DNA of 32,000 bases, from contig NZ_LGHJ01000008.1 in NCBI RefSeq assembly GCF_001306055.1, forward strand, positions 74,351-106,350, given 5' to 3'. Below, piece after piece: positions 6,952 to 15,158 of the stretch. Numbering within the stretch: the stretch's first letter is position 1; every line of letters starts with the position of its first letter. A program made the translations under genes and the position numbers. Under the pieces are notes generated by a model, which was not told the DNA's origin, did no database searches, and saw only the letters and a list, made by a program, of their open reading frames with translations. The DNA comes from Bellilinea caldifistulae. GTDB taxonomy: Bacteria > Chloroflexota > Anaerolineae > Anaerolineales > Anaerolineaceae.

Positions 6952-7416
6952 ATGATGCAAGTACACACGTTAACCCACATGGAATTAGAACCCACGCCAG
7001 TGCAGATCGGCGAGCCGTTCCGCTGCTGGGAATGTGGTTCGCCTGACCAGGGCGGTATGTTCCTGATCATCGACCACTCCCCGCTGGAAGCCTACACCGA
7101 TCATGTCTACTACATGCGCCTGGCCTGCGGACACAACCCGCGCTGTGTGCGCCTGGGCGATGCCATTGCCCCGCTGCGCCCGCTGGACCGCTCGATTGAT
7201 GAGAACCTGGCGAGTGTGCGTGAAGGATTGGCGCACCTGGCCAAAGCCGTACCGCCCGATCAGCAGAACCAGGAGCCGGTCTCCAAGATCGTCTACCTGC
7301 TGGTCGCCGGGCGCATCTCGCCCCAGACAGCGATCAACCAGCTGCGCGGCCTGGTACGTACGAACGAGCCGTTCCTGCCTGCCCGGCTGCCTGTCATCGA
7401 ACAAACCTGGCGGTAA
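6952..7416 (+). CDS. hypothetical protein with CxxC..C..H..C cluster
   Basis: GGAGG lies just upstream of ATG 6952/6955. CWECGSPD...ACGHNPRC is present. No recognised family. Confidence 0.6.
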   Translation: MMQVHTLTHMELEPTPVQIGEPFRCWECGSPDQGGMFLIIDHSPLEAYTDHVYYMRLACGHNPRCVRLGDAIAPLRPLDRSIDENLASVREGLAHLAKAVPPDQQNQEPVSKIVYLLVAGRISPQTAINQLRGLVRTNEPFLPARLPVIEQTWR

Positions 7417-7440
7417 TACCGCTACAACCAATTCACACGC

Positions 7441-7478
7441 CGCCCGCTCTGGAACCCTCCAGGGCGGGCGATTTCTTT
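7441..7478 (+). terminator. intrinsic terminator between hypothetical gene and radC
   Basis: CGCCCGC-T-CTGGA / TCCAG-G-GCGGGCG forms a 13-bp stem (one G.U pair) with an ACCC loop, spanning 7441-7470. ATTTCTTT follows. Confidence 0.55.
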
Positions 7479-7492
7479 ACACGGAGGAAAAC

Positions 7493-8659
7493 ATGTGCCA
7501 GTTGCTTTTACTGCCGGATAAGCCCGGCAACACGAAATACACCCCTAAGCACAAGCTGCTCCCATTGCGGGAGCGCCCGGTCGAACGTGTCAGCGCTCGT
7601 GCGGATGCCTGCACGATCATAGAGCTGTTGGCTGCCTTGCTGGGCGGGCCGCAGCCAATTGAAACTGCCGATGCCCTGCTGGCGCACTTCAACGGCCGGC
7701 TATCTGACCTTCGCCGCGCGCCGGCGCACGAGATTGCTGATATCCCCGGCATTGGGCAGCAGAATGCCGCCCGTATCAAAGCGGCGGTAGAGCTGGGGCT
7801 GCGCCTGACTCTCAATACTGAGGAAGATCGCCCAACCATCCACAGCCCAGCCGATGCGGCTGCTATGTTGCAGCACGAGATGAGCGCCCTGGAACAGGAG
7901 CACCTGCGCGTGATCCTGCTGGACACGCGCAACCGGGTGATCGACATCGTGGAGATCTACCAAGGCAGCCTGAACTCCGCTCAGGTGCGGGTGGCCGAGC
8001 TGTTCAAGCCCGCCATCCAGCGCATGTCGGCGGCGATCATCCTGGTGCATAACCACCCCTCGGGTGACCCGACGCCCAGCCCGGACGATGTAGCTGTAAC
8101 CCGCGCAGTTGTTCAAGCGGGCAAGCTCTTGGATATCGACACGCTGGATCACCTGGTCATTGGTCGTGGGCGTTTCGTTTCGCTCAAAGAGCGTGGCCTG
8201 GGTTTTGACGGTCGCGTTTCTGAGACAAGACCTGGTTATCACCTGCGATCAGCCAGATATTCCATCCATGAAGATGACGATATGATTTACGCTTACACTC
8301 GCTCCCAGGCGTTAGAAGATGGCGTTCTTGTCGATGTCTCTGAAATGGCATCGGAAGCCGGCTTTCGCTATCCAACCGCCATCACCGCCGACTTGCATGC
8401 CCGCATCACACCGAACGAGCGGGAGAAAGCGTTTGGTCAGAGCTATGAAGGCCGGCTGTGGGATGTGATATTTCTAGCGTCCTTCGCCGCTCGCCGATCA
8501 GATACACAAGATCGATGCAGCTTCGAGGTCGGTCTTTTCGAAGCTGACGAGGCTTTTCCACATCGCACCCACCGCTACACGCTCTCGTTATGGATGGTCG
8601 TCGGTCCTGGCGATCAGGGCGAGCCGGTTATCACGATCGGTTTTCCCGAGGATTTTTAG
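7493..8659 (+). CDS. radC: RadC-like JAB/MPN protein fused to an extra ~150-aa C-terminal domain
   Basis: The start is taken at ATG 7493 (TACACGGAGG-N5-ATG). The track ORF start at 7103 is an out-of-context extension that overlaps the previous gene. HhH motif IADIPGIGQQNAARIKAAVELG; JAMM motif LVHNHPSGDPTPSPDD. After about residue 235 the frame continues without a stop into MIYAYTRSQALEDGVLVDVSEMASEAGFRYPTAIT...GRLWDV. Confidence 0.85.
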   Translation: MCQLLLLPDKPGNTKYTPKHKLLPLRERPVERVSARADACTIIELLAALLGGPQPIETADALLAHFNGRLSDLRRAPAHEIADIPGIGQQNAARIKAAVELGLRLTLNTEEDRPTIHSPADAAAMLQHEMSALEQEHLRVILLDTRNRVIDIVEIYQGSLNSAQVRVAELFKPAIQRMSAAIILVHNHPSGDPTPSPDDVAVTRAVVQAGKLLDIDTLDHLVIGRGRFVSLKERGLGFDGRVSETRPGYHLRSARYSIHEDDDMIYAYTRSQALEDGVLVDVSEMASEAGFRYPTAITADLHARITPNEREKAFGQSYEGRLWDVIFLASFAARRSDTQDRCSFEVGLFEADEAFPHRTHRYTLSLWMVVGPGDQGEPVITIGFPEDF

Positions 8660-8669
8660 GGAGGCGGCC

Positions 8670-9779
8670 ATGACTGGAAAAACTAACCCAGCCCTGCCTG
8701 CCCCCTTCGAGAACACCTACTTCCGGGAACGCGCCATCAAAGCTGCCAACCGGCAAAAGCAGGGACACATCCTGGTTTCTGGTTCCAAACCGGACAACGG
8801 TCAAGGCTTGCCCTTGCCGTACATCCACGATGTTCCCGGCCTGCGGCGCGGCAGCTATCCCTACGACTACGAATGCGAATGGGGACGCTTCAAGTACGAA
8901 TATGAATTGAGCGCCTATCTCTTCACACCCCACAACAGCCAGGTTCCACCCGGCTGGGAGCATTACGACCTGCTAACACCCATCCAGTCGGTGACTGCCA
9001 TGATCGACCGGGCGCGTCGCCTGGCGACCATCAAGACCCCGGACCACGAGATCGTCCTGCGGGATGTACCGGTGGGCGATAGCCCTTACAACCTGCTTCA
9101 GCAGGTCAACGCTGCCCTGGCGCAAAGCTGTCAGCCCTTCGTGGCCTGGCGGCTGGAGTGGGTCAGCGGCGAGGTTGACCAGCTGTGGCTGGAAGGCGTC
9201 CCGCAGGTCCGTAATGAACACTGCTCGGCCTATGTCACCGGCTACGCCCATGATGAAGCCGGCAACCTGGTCTACCTGGGCATGGTCGGGCACAAAACGG
9301 TGCTGGAGTCGATCCGGGCCACCGTCCAGGCCCGCCAGCGCAAGAGGCTGTTCCTGCAAGGCCGGCCGGTTTACCCACTGCCCACCCACTACTGCCAGAC
9401 CTGGCAGCACTTGCCAGACTATGGTGTTTACCACGCGACTCTGATCGCCGATCCCGCCCTGCCGGGCAAGTGGCAGCCGGGGGAGGAGGTAATTTATTTA
9501 CTCGTTTTCGAGGGTGAACTGCCGGATGGATCGTTGCCGGAAACTCAGGCTCGACGCGTTCTCGCTTCTCGCCTGTCAGAAACATTACCAATCCCGATTC
9601 TGGACGAATGGCATGAATCTCTCTGGGAGGCGAGGCAGCGGGAGAACCTGATCGTTGGGCTGGAAACCGGCGGCGATTGTCAGGAAGGATACCTGGTGCA
9701 GTTGACCGAGACGATATGGAAGGAGGTGATTACCAGATTATTGATGGAACGAAAGATTCGGATTTCCAGCGGTCAATGA
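8670..9779 (+). CDS. hypothetical protein (369 aa)
   Basis: AGGGAGG RBS 5 nt upstream. A long ORF with coding-like composition and no recognisable motif. Confidence 0.7.
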   Translation: MTGKTNPALPAPFENTYFRERAIKAANRQKQGHILVSGSKPDNGQGLPLPYIHDVPGLRRGSYPYDYECEWGRFKYEYELSAYLFTPHNSQVPPGWEHYDLLTPIQSVTAMIDRARRLATIKTPDHEIVLRDVPVGDSPYNLLQQVNAALAQSCQPFVAWRLEWVSGEVDQLWLEGVPQVRNEHCSAYVTGYAHDEAGNLVYLGMVGHKTVLESIRATVQARQRKRLFLQGRPVYPLPTHYCQTWQHLPDYGVYHATLIADPALPGKWQPGEEVIYLLVFEGELPDGSLPETQARRVLASRLSETLPIPILDEWHESLWEARQRENLIVGLETGGDCQEGYLVQLTETIWKEVITRLLMERKIRISSGQ

Positions 9780-9780
9780 T

Positions 9781-9827
9781 AAAAGCCATAACAGGAAGGG
9801 ATCAACTGGTTCCCCTCCTGTTATGGC
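9781..9827 (-). terminator. intrinsic terminator of the minus-strand cargo operon
   Basis: GCCATAACAGGA.GGG (9785-) pairs with CCC.TCCTGTTATGGC (-9827), with 12 perfect bp plus extension. On the minus strand the hairpin is followed by TTTTAT. Confidence 0.55.
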
Positions 9828-9951
9828 CTACTCGATTAGCTCAGATTTGGGACTTTAGTAAAAGGTCTCATCGCTCTTATGATCATTTGATCATTTTCCG
9901 GAAACAATTCGCGGTTAGGAAAGTAATGCAGACATTTCCCAAGGGGCAAGT

Positions 9952-10680
9952 TTAGAAACGAGCTGGCGAAATATGGATAGAGCTCAAGCGTCCATTCCCC
10001 ATCACAAATTCTGCATCACAAAGTTCATCGATCTCCTCTCGGCTATGGCTGGTCAACAGGATTGTAACCCCATCAGCTCTCAGTTCTTTCAACAGTCGAT
10101 GCACATCCTTTATCCCTTCCCGGTCCAAACCGTTTGTGGGTTCGTCAAGAAGTAAGAGCCTGGGGTTCTCCATGATTGCCTGGGCAATTCCAAGACGCTG
10201 GCGCATTCCGGTCGAATAAGTGCGCACCGGCTTGGGTTCGTACGGATCCAGTCCAACCAGACGTATCGTGTTTACAATATCTTCGCGGGAAATCCTGTTT
10301 CGTATCATTGCCAATAACTGCAAATTTCGGAAACCGCTGTAGTGTGGCAAAAAACCCGGTGTCTCGATCAGGACACCTGTTTCGCCAGGAAATTCCACGT
10401 CTTTCCCTATTTCCCTCCCAAATATCCAGACCCGCCCCCGAGTTGGATGTACCAGCCCACAAATAACGCGTAATAACATGCTTTTCCCCGATCCATTTGG
10501 ACCGCTAATGCCGTAAATCTTGCCAGGGGGGACGTTCAAGTTGATGCCATCCAGGATGAGGCGATCTCCAATTTGTTTGGACACCCCTTCTATGGCAATG
10601 GCTAACTCTGCCTCCCGTGTGGGTTTCTCGATATTTTCAGACTCCATTTTTATCATTACTCCATCTTTCCTTCCTAACAT
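9952..10680 (-). CDS. ABC transporter ATP-binding protein
   Basis: Walker A GPNGSGKS; signature YSTGMRQRL; Walker B LLLLDEPTNGLD; H-loop TSHS. ATG 10680 overlaps the upstream TGA (TGATG). The TTG at 10683 is an alternative start. Confidence 0.9.
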   Translation of the reverse strand: MLGRKDGVMIKMESENIEKPTREAELAIAIEGVSKQIGDRLILDGINLNVPPGKIYGISGPNGSGKSMLLRVICGLVHPTRGRVWIFGREIGKDVEFPGETGVLIETPGFLPHYSGFRNLQLLAMIRNRISREDIVNTIRLVGLDPYEPKPVRTYSTGMRQRLGIAQAIMENPRLLLLDEPTNGLDREGIKDVHRLLKELRADGVTILLTSHSREEIDELCDAEFVMGNGRLSSIHISPARF

Positions 10681-11540
10681 CAAGTCGCAGGGCCATAGAT
10701 GTCCATTCGTCGCACGTACCAGGTGCCCACGCCGAACACAATTAGAAACAATGTGATGTTATAGATGAGCGACCATTCCATTGAAAATCCGGGCACATTC
10801 GGATCAAAGAACGTGTGTCGTAACAGCATTGATTGAGATCCAGGTAGCCAACGACTCAAATACGGGTTGTCGATTCCCAAAAGCCAGGAAATAATCGTCA
10901 CAACCGAGATCGCGCTAAAGCCATAGAAAGAGCGTCTGCTGATAAGTGATAAGGTCAACTGCATAGAAGCCAGCGCGTATAGAGTGCTACTGAACAAGAT
11001 GAAAATCCACCCCAGAAGTGCACCAATTTCCATACCCATTGGCATAACCCACATATCACCAGAAATCATCAGTTTGCTTGGTTGCCAGGACCAGGGCAAT
11101 ACGATTGATCCCCCGGCTAAGACTGCAAAAACAATCACCAATACATATCCGATCGCAAAGATCCATAAGGCAACTGCTTTTCCAAACCACCAGCGAAGTC
11201 GAGAACCAACCAATGGGACAACCGCATATCCCCTATACAGCAATTCGCCAATGGCAATGTCACCGAACAGATAGAAGAAAAGGATATGGGATATTAGCCA
11301 GGGCAATGCCTGTAGCAAAGAATAACCCCAAACGCCCGGCCCGGAAAATGAAACGAAGAAGGCATCCCAAAGATTAACTGTCATTGCACCCTGGGAGGAA
11401 CTTAACCGCTCGACAACTTGTATTGCACTGCGCCAACCTATGAATCCAAAGAGAACAAATACTCCGGCGAGGGAATGCCATCGCAGCGAAGTTCGCAGGT
11501 TCCAGCATATCGTGGTGAATAATGGAGCACTGCTCATCAT
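10680..11540 (-). CDS. ABC-2-type permease-like membrane protein
   Basis: Polytopic hydrophobic protein of 286 aa. It overlaps its neighbours by 1-4 nt within the operon. Confidence 0.75.
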   Translation of the reverse strand: MMSSAPLFTTICWNLRTSLRWHSLAGVFVLFGFIGWRSAIQVVERLSSSQGAMTVNLWDAFFVSFSGPGVWGYSLLQALPWLISHILFFYLFGDIAIGELLYRGYAVVPLVGSRLRWWFGKAVALWIFAIGYVLVIVFAVLAGGSIVLPWSWQPSKLMISGDMWVMPMGMEIGALLGWIFILFSSTLYALASMQLTLSLISRRSFYGFSAISVVTIISWLLGIDNPYLSRWLPGSQSMLLRHTFFDPNVPGFSMEWSLIYNITLFLIVFGVGTWYVRRMDIYGPAT

Positions 11541-12397
11541 TGCTCTCTATGTATAAAATCTTGTTTGTGGGCAAACTTGAATCCAACGATCAGTAAAATG
11601 GAACACCATAAAACCCAGTAATATATTGAAGTCGGTAGTGATGGATACGGTGTTATTACGTCACCAAAAGAGTGGAGGTTAAATAACAGGTGTTGATGGA
11701 TAGACAGGTAAGCATAAGGAAGGGGTAAGTTCGCCCTCAAAGCGACCAGCCCGCTAAAGTTAGCAATGACGCCGGCGGTAAACCCAACCAGATAGTGATT
11801 AGAAAGCAGGGTGAAGCACATGACCAACAGTCCCATGCTAAACCATCCAAGCGATAGTAGAAGAAGAAGCCATCGAATAGCAGATGTGGATGAAATGGTT
11901 AATGCTTCTGGATTAAGATTAAATTCCTGTGGATATTGTAGAACTGCTTGGCTCCAGGAATTATCCCAGGGAAGGACAAACGTGGCTGTCATTGCAACAA
12001 TCCCAACGTTCAAACCAGTATAACAAAACACCGCTAATCCTAAAATCAGGACTTTACTCAACCACCAACGTCTTCGCGAGCCCACGCGTAACAAGGCGAG
12101 TTGACCAATCCCCGACTCGAGAAACATGTCGCTGACCAGGTAGAGATAAAGCGGATTAAGCACAAAAAATATCAGATTGCCATTGCCGAAAACGCTAAAT
12201 AAGGCATCCCATGAATTGCTGCTCAACCCGTAATTTCTGGCACGAACCAGCACCCCCCCAATAACAATATACGAAATAAACAGAATTGTAGGGATCGGCA
12301 ATAACCAGCGCATGCGCAGTAATTTTTGCTCGATTTGGAAGTACAGGTAGCGCACAGGGATTATCCTCTGTCGTTGCTTCTTTGTTAATTTTCTCAA
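11537..12397 (-). CDS. ABC-2-type permease-like membrane protein
   Basis: Polytopic hydrophobic protein of 286 aa, with 4-nt overlaps on both sides. Confidence 0.75.
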   Translation of the reverse strand: MRKLTKKQRQRIIPVRYLYFQIEQKLLRMRWLLPIPTILFISYIVIGGVLVRARNYGLSSNSWDALFSVFGNGNLIFFVLNPLYLYLVSDMFLESGIGQLALLRVGSRRRWWLSKVLILGLAVFCYTGLNVGIVAMTATFVLPWDNSWSQAVLQYPQEFNLNPEALTISSTSAIRWLLLLLSLGWFSMGLLVMCFTLLSNHYLVGFTAGVIANFSGLVALRANLPLPYAYLSIHQHLLFNLHSFGDVITPYPSLPTSIYYWVLWCSILLIVGFKFAHKQDFIHREQ

Positions 12398-13197
12398 ATT
12401 CTACTTTTCACCTTGTGTGCCATAACGAAGTACAGCACGGTGCTGATGAGAAATACGCCTCCTAAATTGGTTAACACGTTCAGCCACGTAATATGATTCA
12501 ACCAGTGGGGGACAAAAGCTGAAACAGGCGACCAGGCCGGTATCCCTAGAATCGCCAAACCGTAATGGACTATATTGTAAAGGACGAAAGGCGTTGCCAG
12601 GACGATGTAGCGATTGTCCGTGAGCGCAGAAAGCGATAATCCAAAAATCGCGTAAGTTGCCCCAAACAAAAAACTTAATGCGATCAGGGACAAGATATAT
12701 AGATCAGGCGCTGATTTGTACAAAGCGCCAAACGGTCCGAGAGCCTCCGGCATAGATAGTACACGCTGCTCAAACGGATCTGGATTTAAACCTCTGGGTA
12801 GAACAAGATTCGTGAAGGCAAAGTATAACAGCATCGGTAAAGACACGGCCAGGCCGCCGGATAAGAAAGAGATCGCGTATTTCGCCGAGAGGTAGCAGCG
12901 ATAGGTAGTCCTGCTCAGAACGAGACGTAAATAGCCCAACCCGCGATCGTGAGCGAATGAGTCTGCGAAAGGTAAAACCGCAATGAGAGGGACAATGAGT
13001 CCGATGAGCCCCTTTTGGGCCCAGATCACGGCATCATAGGCATTGTTGTAAAAAGGAGGCAGTCTGGCAAGATACTCAGGGTCTGAAGGGCCCGACATGT
13101 AATCTACATAACCATAGGCCAGGGCGAGAAGTCCTAAAACGACTGCAAAAAAGAAAGAACGGCTGAGAAAGGCTCGGTTTATCTCTTCACGTAGCAT
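12394..13197 (-). CDS. ABC-2-type permease-like membrane protein
   Basis: Polytopic hydrophobic protein of 267 aa. First gene of the overlapping permease-ATPase operon. Confidence 0.75.
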   Translation of the reverse strand: MLREEINRAFLSRSFFFAVVLGLLALAYGYVDYMSGPSDPEYLARLPPFYNNAYDAVIWAQKGLIGLIVPLIAVLPFADSFAHDRGLGYLRLVLSRTTYRCYLSAKYAISFLSGGLAVSLPMLLYFAFTNLVLPRGLNPDPFEQRVLSMPEALGPFGALYKSAPDLYILSLIALSFLFGATYAIFGLSLSALTDNRYIVLATPFVLYNIVHYGLAILGIPAWSPVSAFVPHWLNHITWLNVLTNLGGVFLISTVLYFVMAHKVKSRI

Positions 13198-13248
13198 GGC
13201 ATTTTGTCATTTATTCACAGTTTTGGCTCGACCATTAATTATACGGGC

Positions 13249-13287
13249 AACTGCGCGGACGGAGGGAATCGCACTGTCCGCGCAGTT
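13249..13287. promoter_or_regulatory. perfect 12-bp inverted repeat AACTGCGCGGAC-N15-GTCCGCGCAGTT (operator or attenuator/terminator)
   Basis: The arms at 13249-13260 and 13276-13287 are perfectly complementary. The repeat is GC-rich within an AT-rich intergenic region, between the secreted-protein gene and the transporter genes. On the minus strand it is followed by GCCCGTATAATT, which contains TATAAT. Confidence 0.4.
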
Positions 13288-13315
13288 GAGGTGCGTCTCG
13301 GGTTAGTGAAGTATT

Positions 13316-13750
13316 TTAGAATCCACAAGATCCAGGATTGTCTGGGCTCCACTTCCCAATTGCCTGCACATCAACAGGCGTGGTTATATAAGTGGCGATG
13401 CGAGCATGGTATTGCTGGTCCGCTGTAGAAGGATTCAAAGTGTATTCCCTACGTTGATTGTCACTAATCGATTGATAACCCGCAGCCACGTTATTGTTAA
13501 GGAGCTCGATCCTTGCTCGCAGTGTGTAATCACCCCCTACAGCCTGGCTACAAACGACTGCTTTATCGGTTGAGCTCACTTTCGTCTGGTTGTTTGTTGA
13601 CGTTGAACCACCAAACTTGGGCACAGTGACATTGTAGTTATAAAACGAACCTGCCGCAAGGGCTTCTCCTACAACAAAAATGCTGAGGGGCGTTACGAGA
13701 AAGACCGAAAGGATCAGACGGGCTTTCTCCAAAACTTTTCTGCGAATCAA
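13316..13750 (-). CDS. small secreted protein (signal peptide), unknown family
   Basis: TTG start. N-terminus KARLILSVFLVTPLSIFVVGEALAAG is signal-peptide-like. The mature part is S/T/N-rich with Cys residues. No SD sequence seen. Confidence 0.6.
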   Translation of the reverse strand: MIRRKVLEKARLILSVFLVTPLSIFVVGEALAAGSFYNYNVTVPKFGGSTSTNNQTKVSSTDKAVVCSQAVGGDYTLRARIELLNNNVAAGYQSISDNQRREYTLNPSTADQQYHARIATYITTPVDVQAIGKWSPDNPGSCGF

Positions 13751-13873
13751 GCAAATGGATATGTTCGATTGTATATGACATTATGCTTTTTACCAGTTCA
13801 TCTCCTTTCTACCCTTCACGGGCTTCAGGGTTTTTCCTTTTCTCATCAGACATACATTTGTTATTTTTTAGAA

Positions 13874-14266
13874 TCATGGCAACCGTGCAATGGCAAGTAA
13901 GCCAGCTAAAAAAATTAACCCTGCGGAAGGAAGCAACAAAGGTCCCATACTGAACCGCGCTAGGTAAACACCGAGGGTGAGAATTCCACCGATCACCAGC
14001 CATGCGACACTGGTTAGGGCGAGGGTCCCGCTTTTTTTGATCGCTAACCAGATCGAAGTAAGACAGAGACACAGCAGAAGAGCTAAAATTGGTAAGGCGT
14101 TTCCACCGATACTGAAAGCTAAACTAATGCTCATTTCACCTCGTAGGACAGCTCCCAGATCCAACTGGTGAAATGTTACGCCGATGGCGAGGATTCCTCC
14201 CCATACCCCTCCTAGGAGCCCTAGAACTCGCCCGATTCGGCTGACCGCTATCTTATTTCCAGACAC
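13874..14266 (-). CDS. 4-TM membrane protein, paralog of the LuxR regulator's membrane domain
   Basis: The preferred start is GTG 14266 (VSGNKIAVSRIGR...), which overlaps the upstream gene by 14 nt; the track ORF extends to 14329. It aligns with the N-terminus of the 15159-15773 product: RVLGLLGGVWGGILAIGVTF vs RIIAFLGGLLGLGVATTVLF, and YLARFSMGPLLLP vs YLGRFTIGLFLLP. Confidence 0.6.
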   Translation of the reverse strand: MSGNKIAVSRIGRVLGLLGGVWGGILAIGVTFHQLDLGAVLRGEMSISLAFSIGGNALPILALLLCLCLTSIWLAIKKSGTLALTSVAWLVIGGILTLGVYLARFSMGPLLLPSAGLIFLAGLLAIARLP

Positions 14267-15014
14267 GGTAGCGCACCCTTCCGGCCGGCACAACGCTTCC
14301 TGAGTAAGTTCCATAACCCCCACATCCACCCTGGTAATCTACTGTCATATCGTTATAAAGGGTAATGTTGTAGGATGGCTGGCCTCCACAAAATGGCCCG
14401 CCCTGACAATAGAAACTGGCATCCCCTCTCGCCCAGGCAACTTGAGAACTCGTGTAACCTTTGGTTGCGTGAGGGCCACTGCTTCTGTACCACCAAGGAT
14501 AATAAGTGGTTGCTGTGGTAGAACCTCCAGAGAGAGTAACCTTTACATTGTCCCAAGAGTAAGTTTGATCGGTCTGAATAGCGATCATGTCTAAATAAAT
14601 GACATCCTCTTCAAAAGTTCTCAGCTGTCAGGTATCCACAGTCAGGATCGAATCCCCCACCCTCAAGTCGTTATTTTGGGTATTCGGTTGATCGGATGCA
14701 GGAACTTCTACCGCTTCGACTGTCTTTTCGTCTACCGGTTGCTGGGAAGGATTGGTTACCCAGGTCGGAACCGATGTCAGTCTGGTTTCACTGACTAGAA
14801 CTGGGTTGCAGTTCTCGTCGAACTCGTAAGCAGCTTCTGCAAATACCACCCCATCCTTTCCCCCAACGTAAAGCGGCGGAAACTTCCAGGTGCCAGTGCA
14901 AACCTTTTGATCGTTTTTGCGAGGATCCAATCTCCCGCTCGCGATAGCTGGAGTTCCTTGAAACAAGTTCAAGCCGAACAGCAGAGCAGTCAGCAAAGCA
15001 AAAAATTGTTTCAT
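14253..15014 (-). pseudogene. secreted protein; 253-codon frame interrupted by one in-frame TGA (14630-14628)
   Basis: Track ORFs 14628-15014 and 14253-14588 are in the same frame. Hand reading shows that only the TGA separates them (..LTVDT*QLRTFEEDVIYLDMIAIQ..). GGAGG lies 6 nt before ATG 15014. Signal peptide MKQFFALLTALLFGLNLFQGTPAIASG. There is no convincing RBS before the downstream ATG 14588. Confidence 0.5.
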
Positions 15015-15158
15015 GGCAGGCCTCCGTGGTACACCGTAAGCAAAAACGAAAAAGGGAACAAACTTTTGCTTTCAGTCTACGGATGGAGACCCATCTCGTC
15101 AATGACTCTAAGAGATTAATTATGGATTAATGTTGGATTATTCCCAATTAATCCATGG

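Noticed and set aside
7103-7492. N-terminal 130-aa extension of the RadC ORF as given in the track.
   Set aside because: It overlaps the 6952-7416 gene in another frame and runs through an intrinsic terminator (7441-7478). It has an Arg/Ser/Thr/Cys-rich, non-protein-like composition. A strong box, TACACGGAGG-N5-ATG, marks the real start at 7493.
9890-9905. GATCATTT tandem dimer, and the shared AAAGTAAT 8-mers near both ends of the AT-rich cargo, considered as possible insertion scars.
   Set aside because: They are too short and AT-rich to distinguish from chance, and no longer terminal repeats were found.
14589-14630. Selenocysteine or programmed recoding at the in-frame TGA.
   Set aside because: No convincing SECIS-like stem-loop lies at the expected distance downstream, and no selenoprotein-like context is present. 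A nonsense mutation or a sequencing error is more parsimonious.
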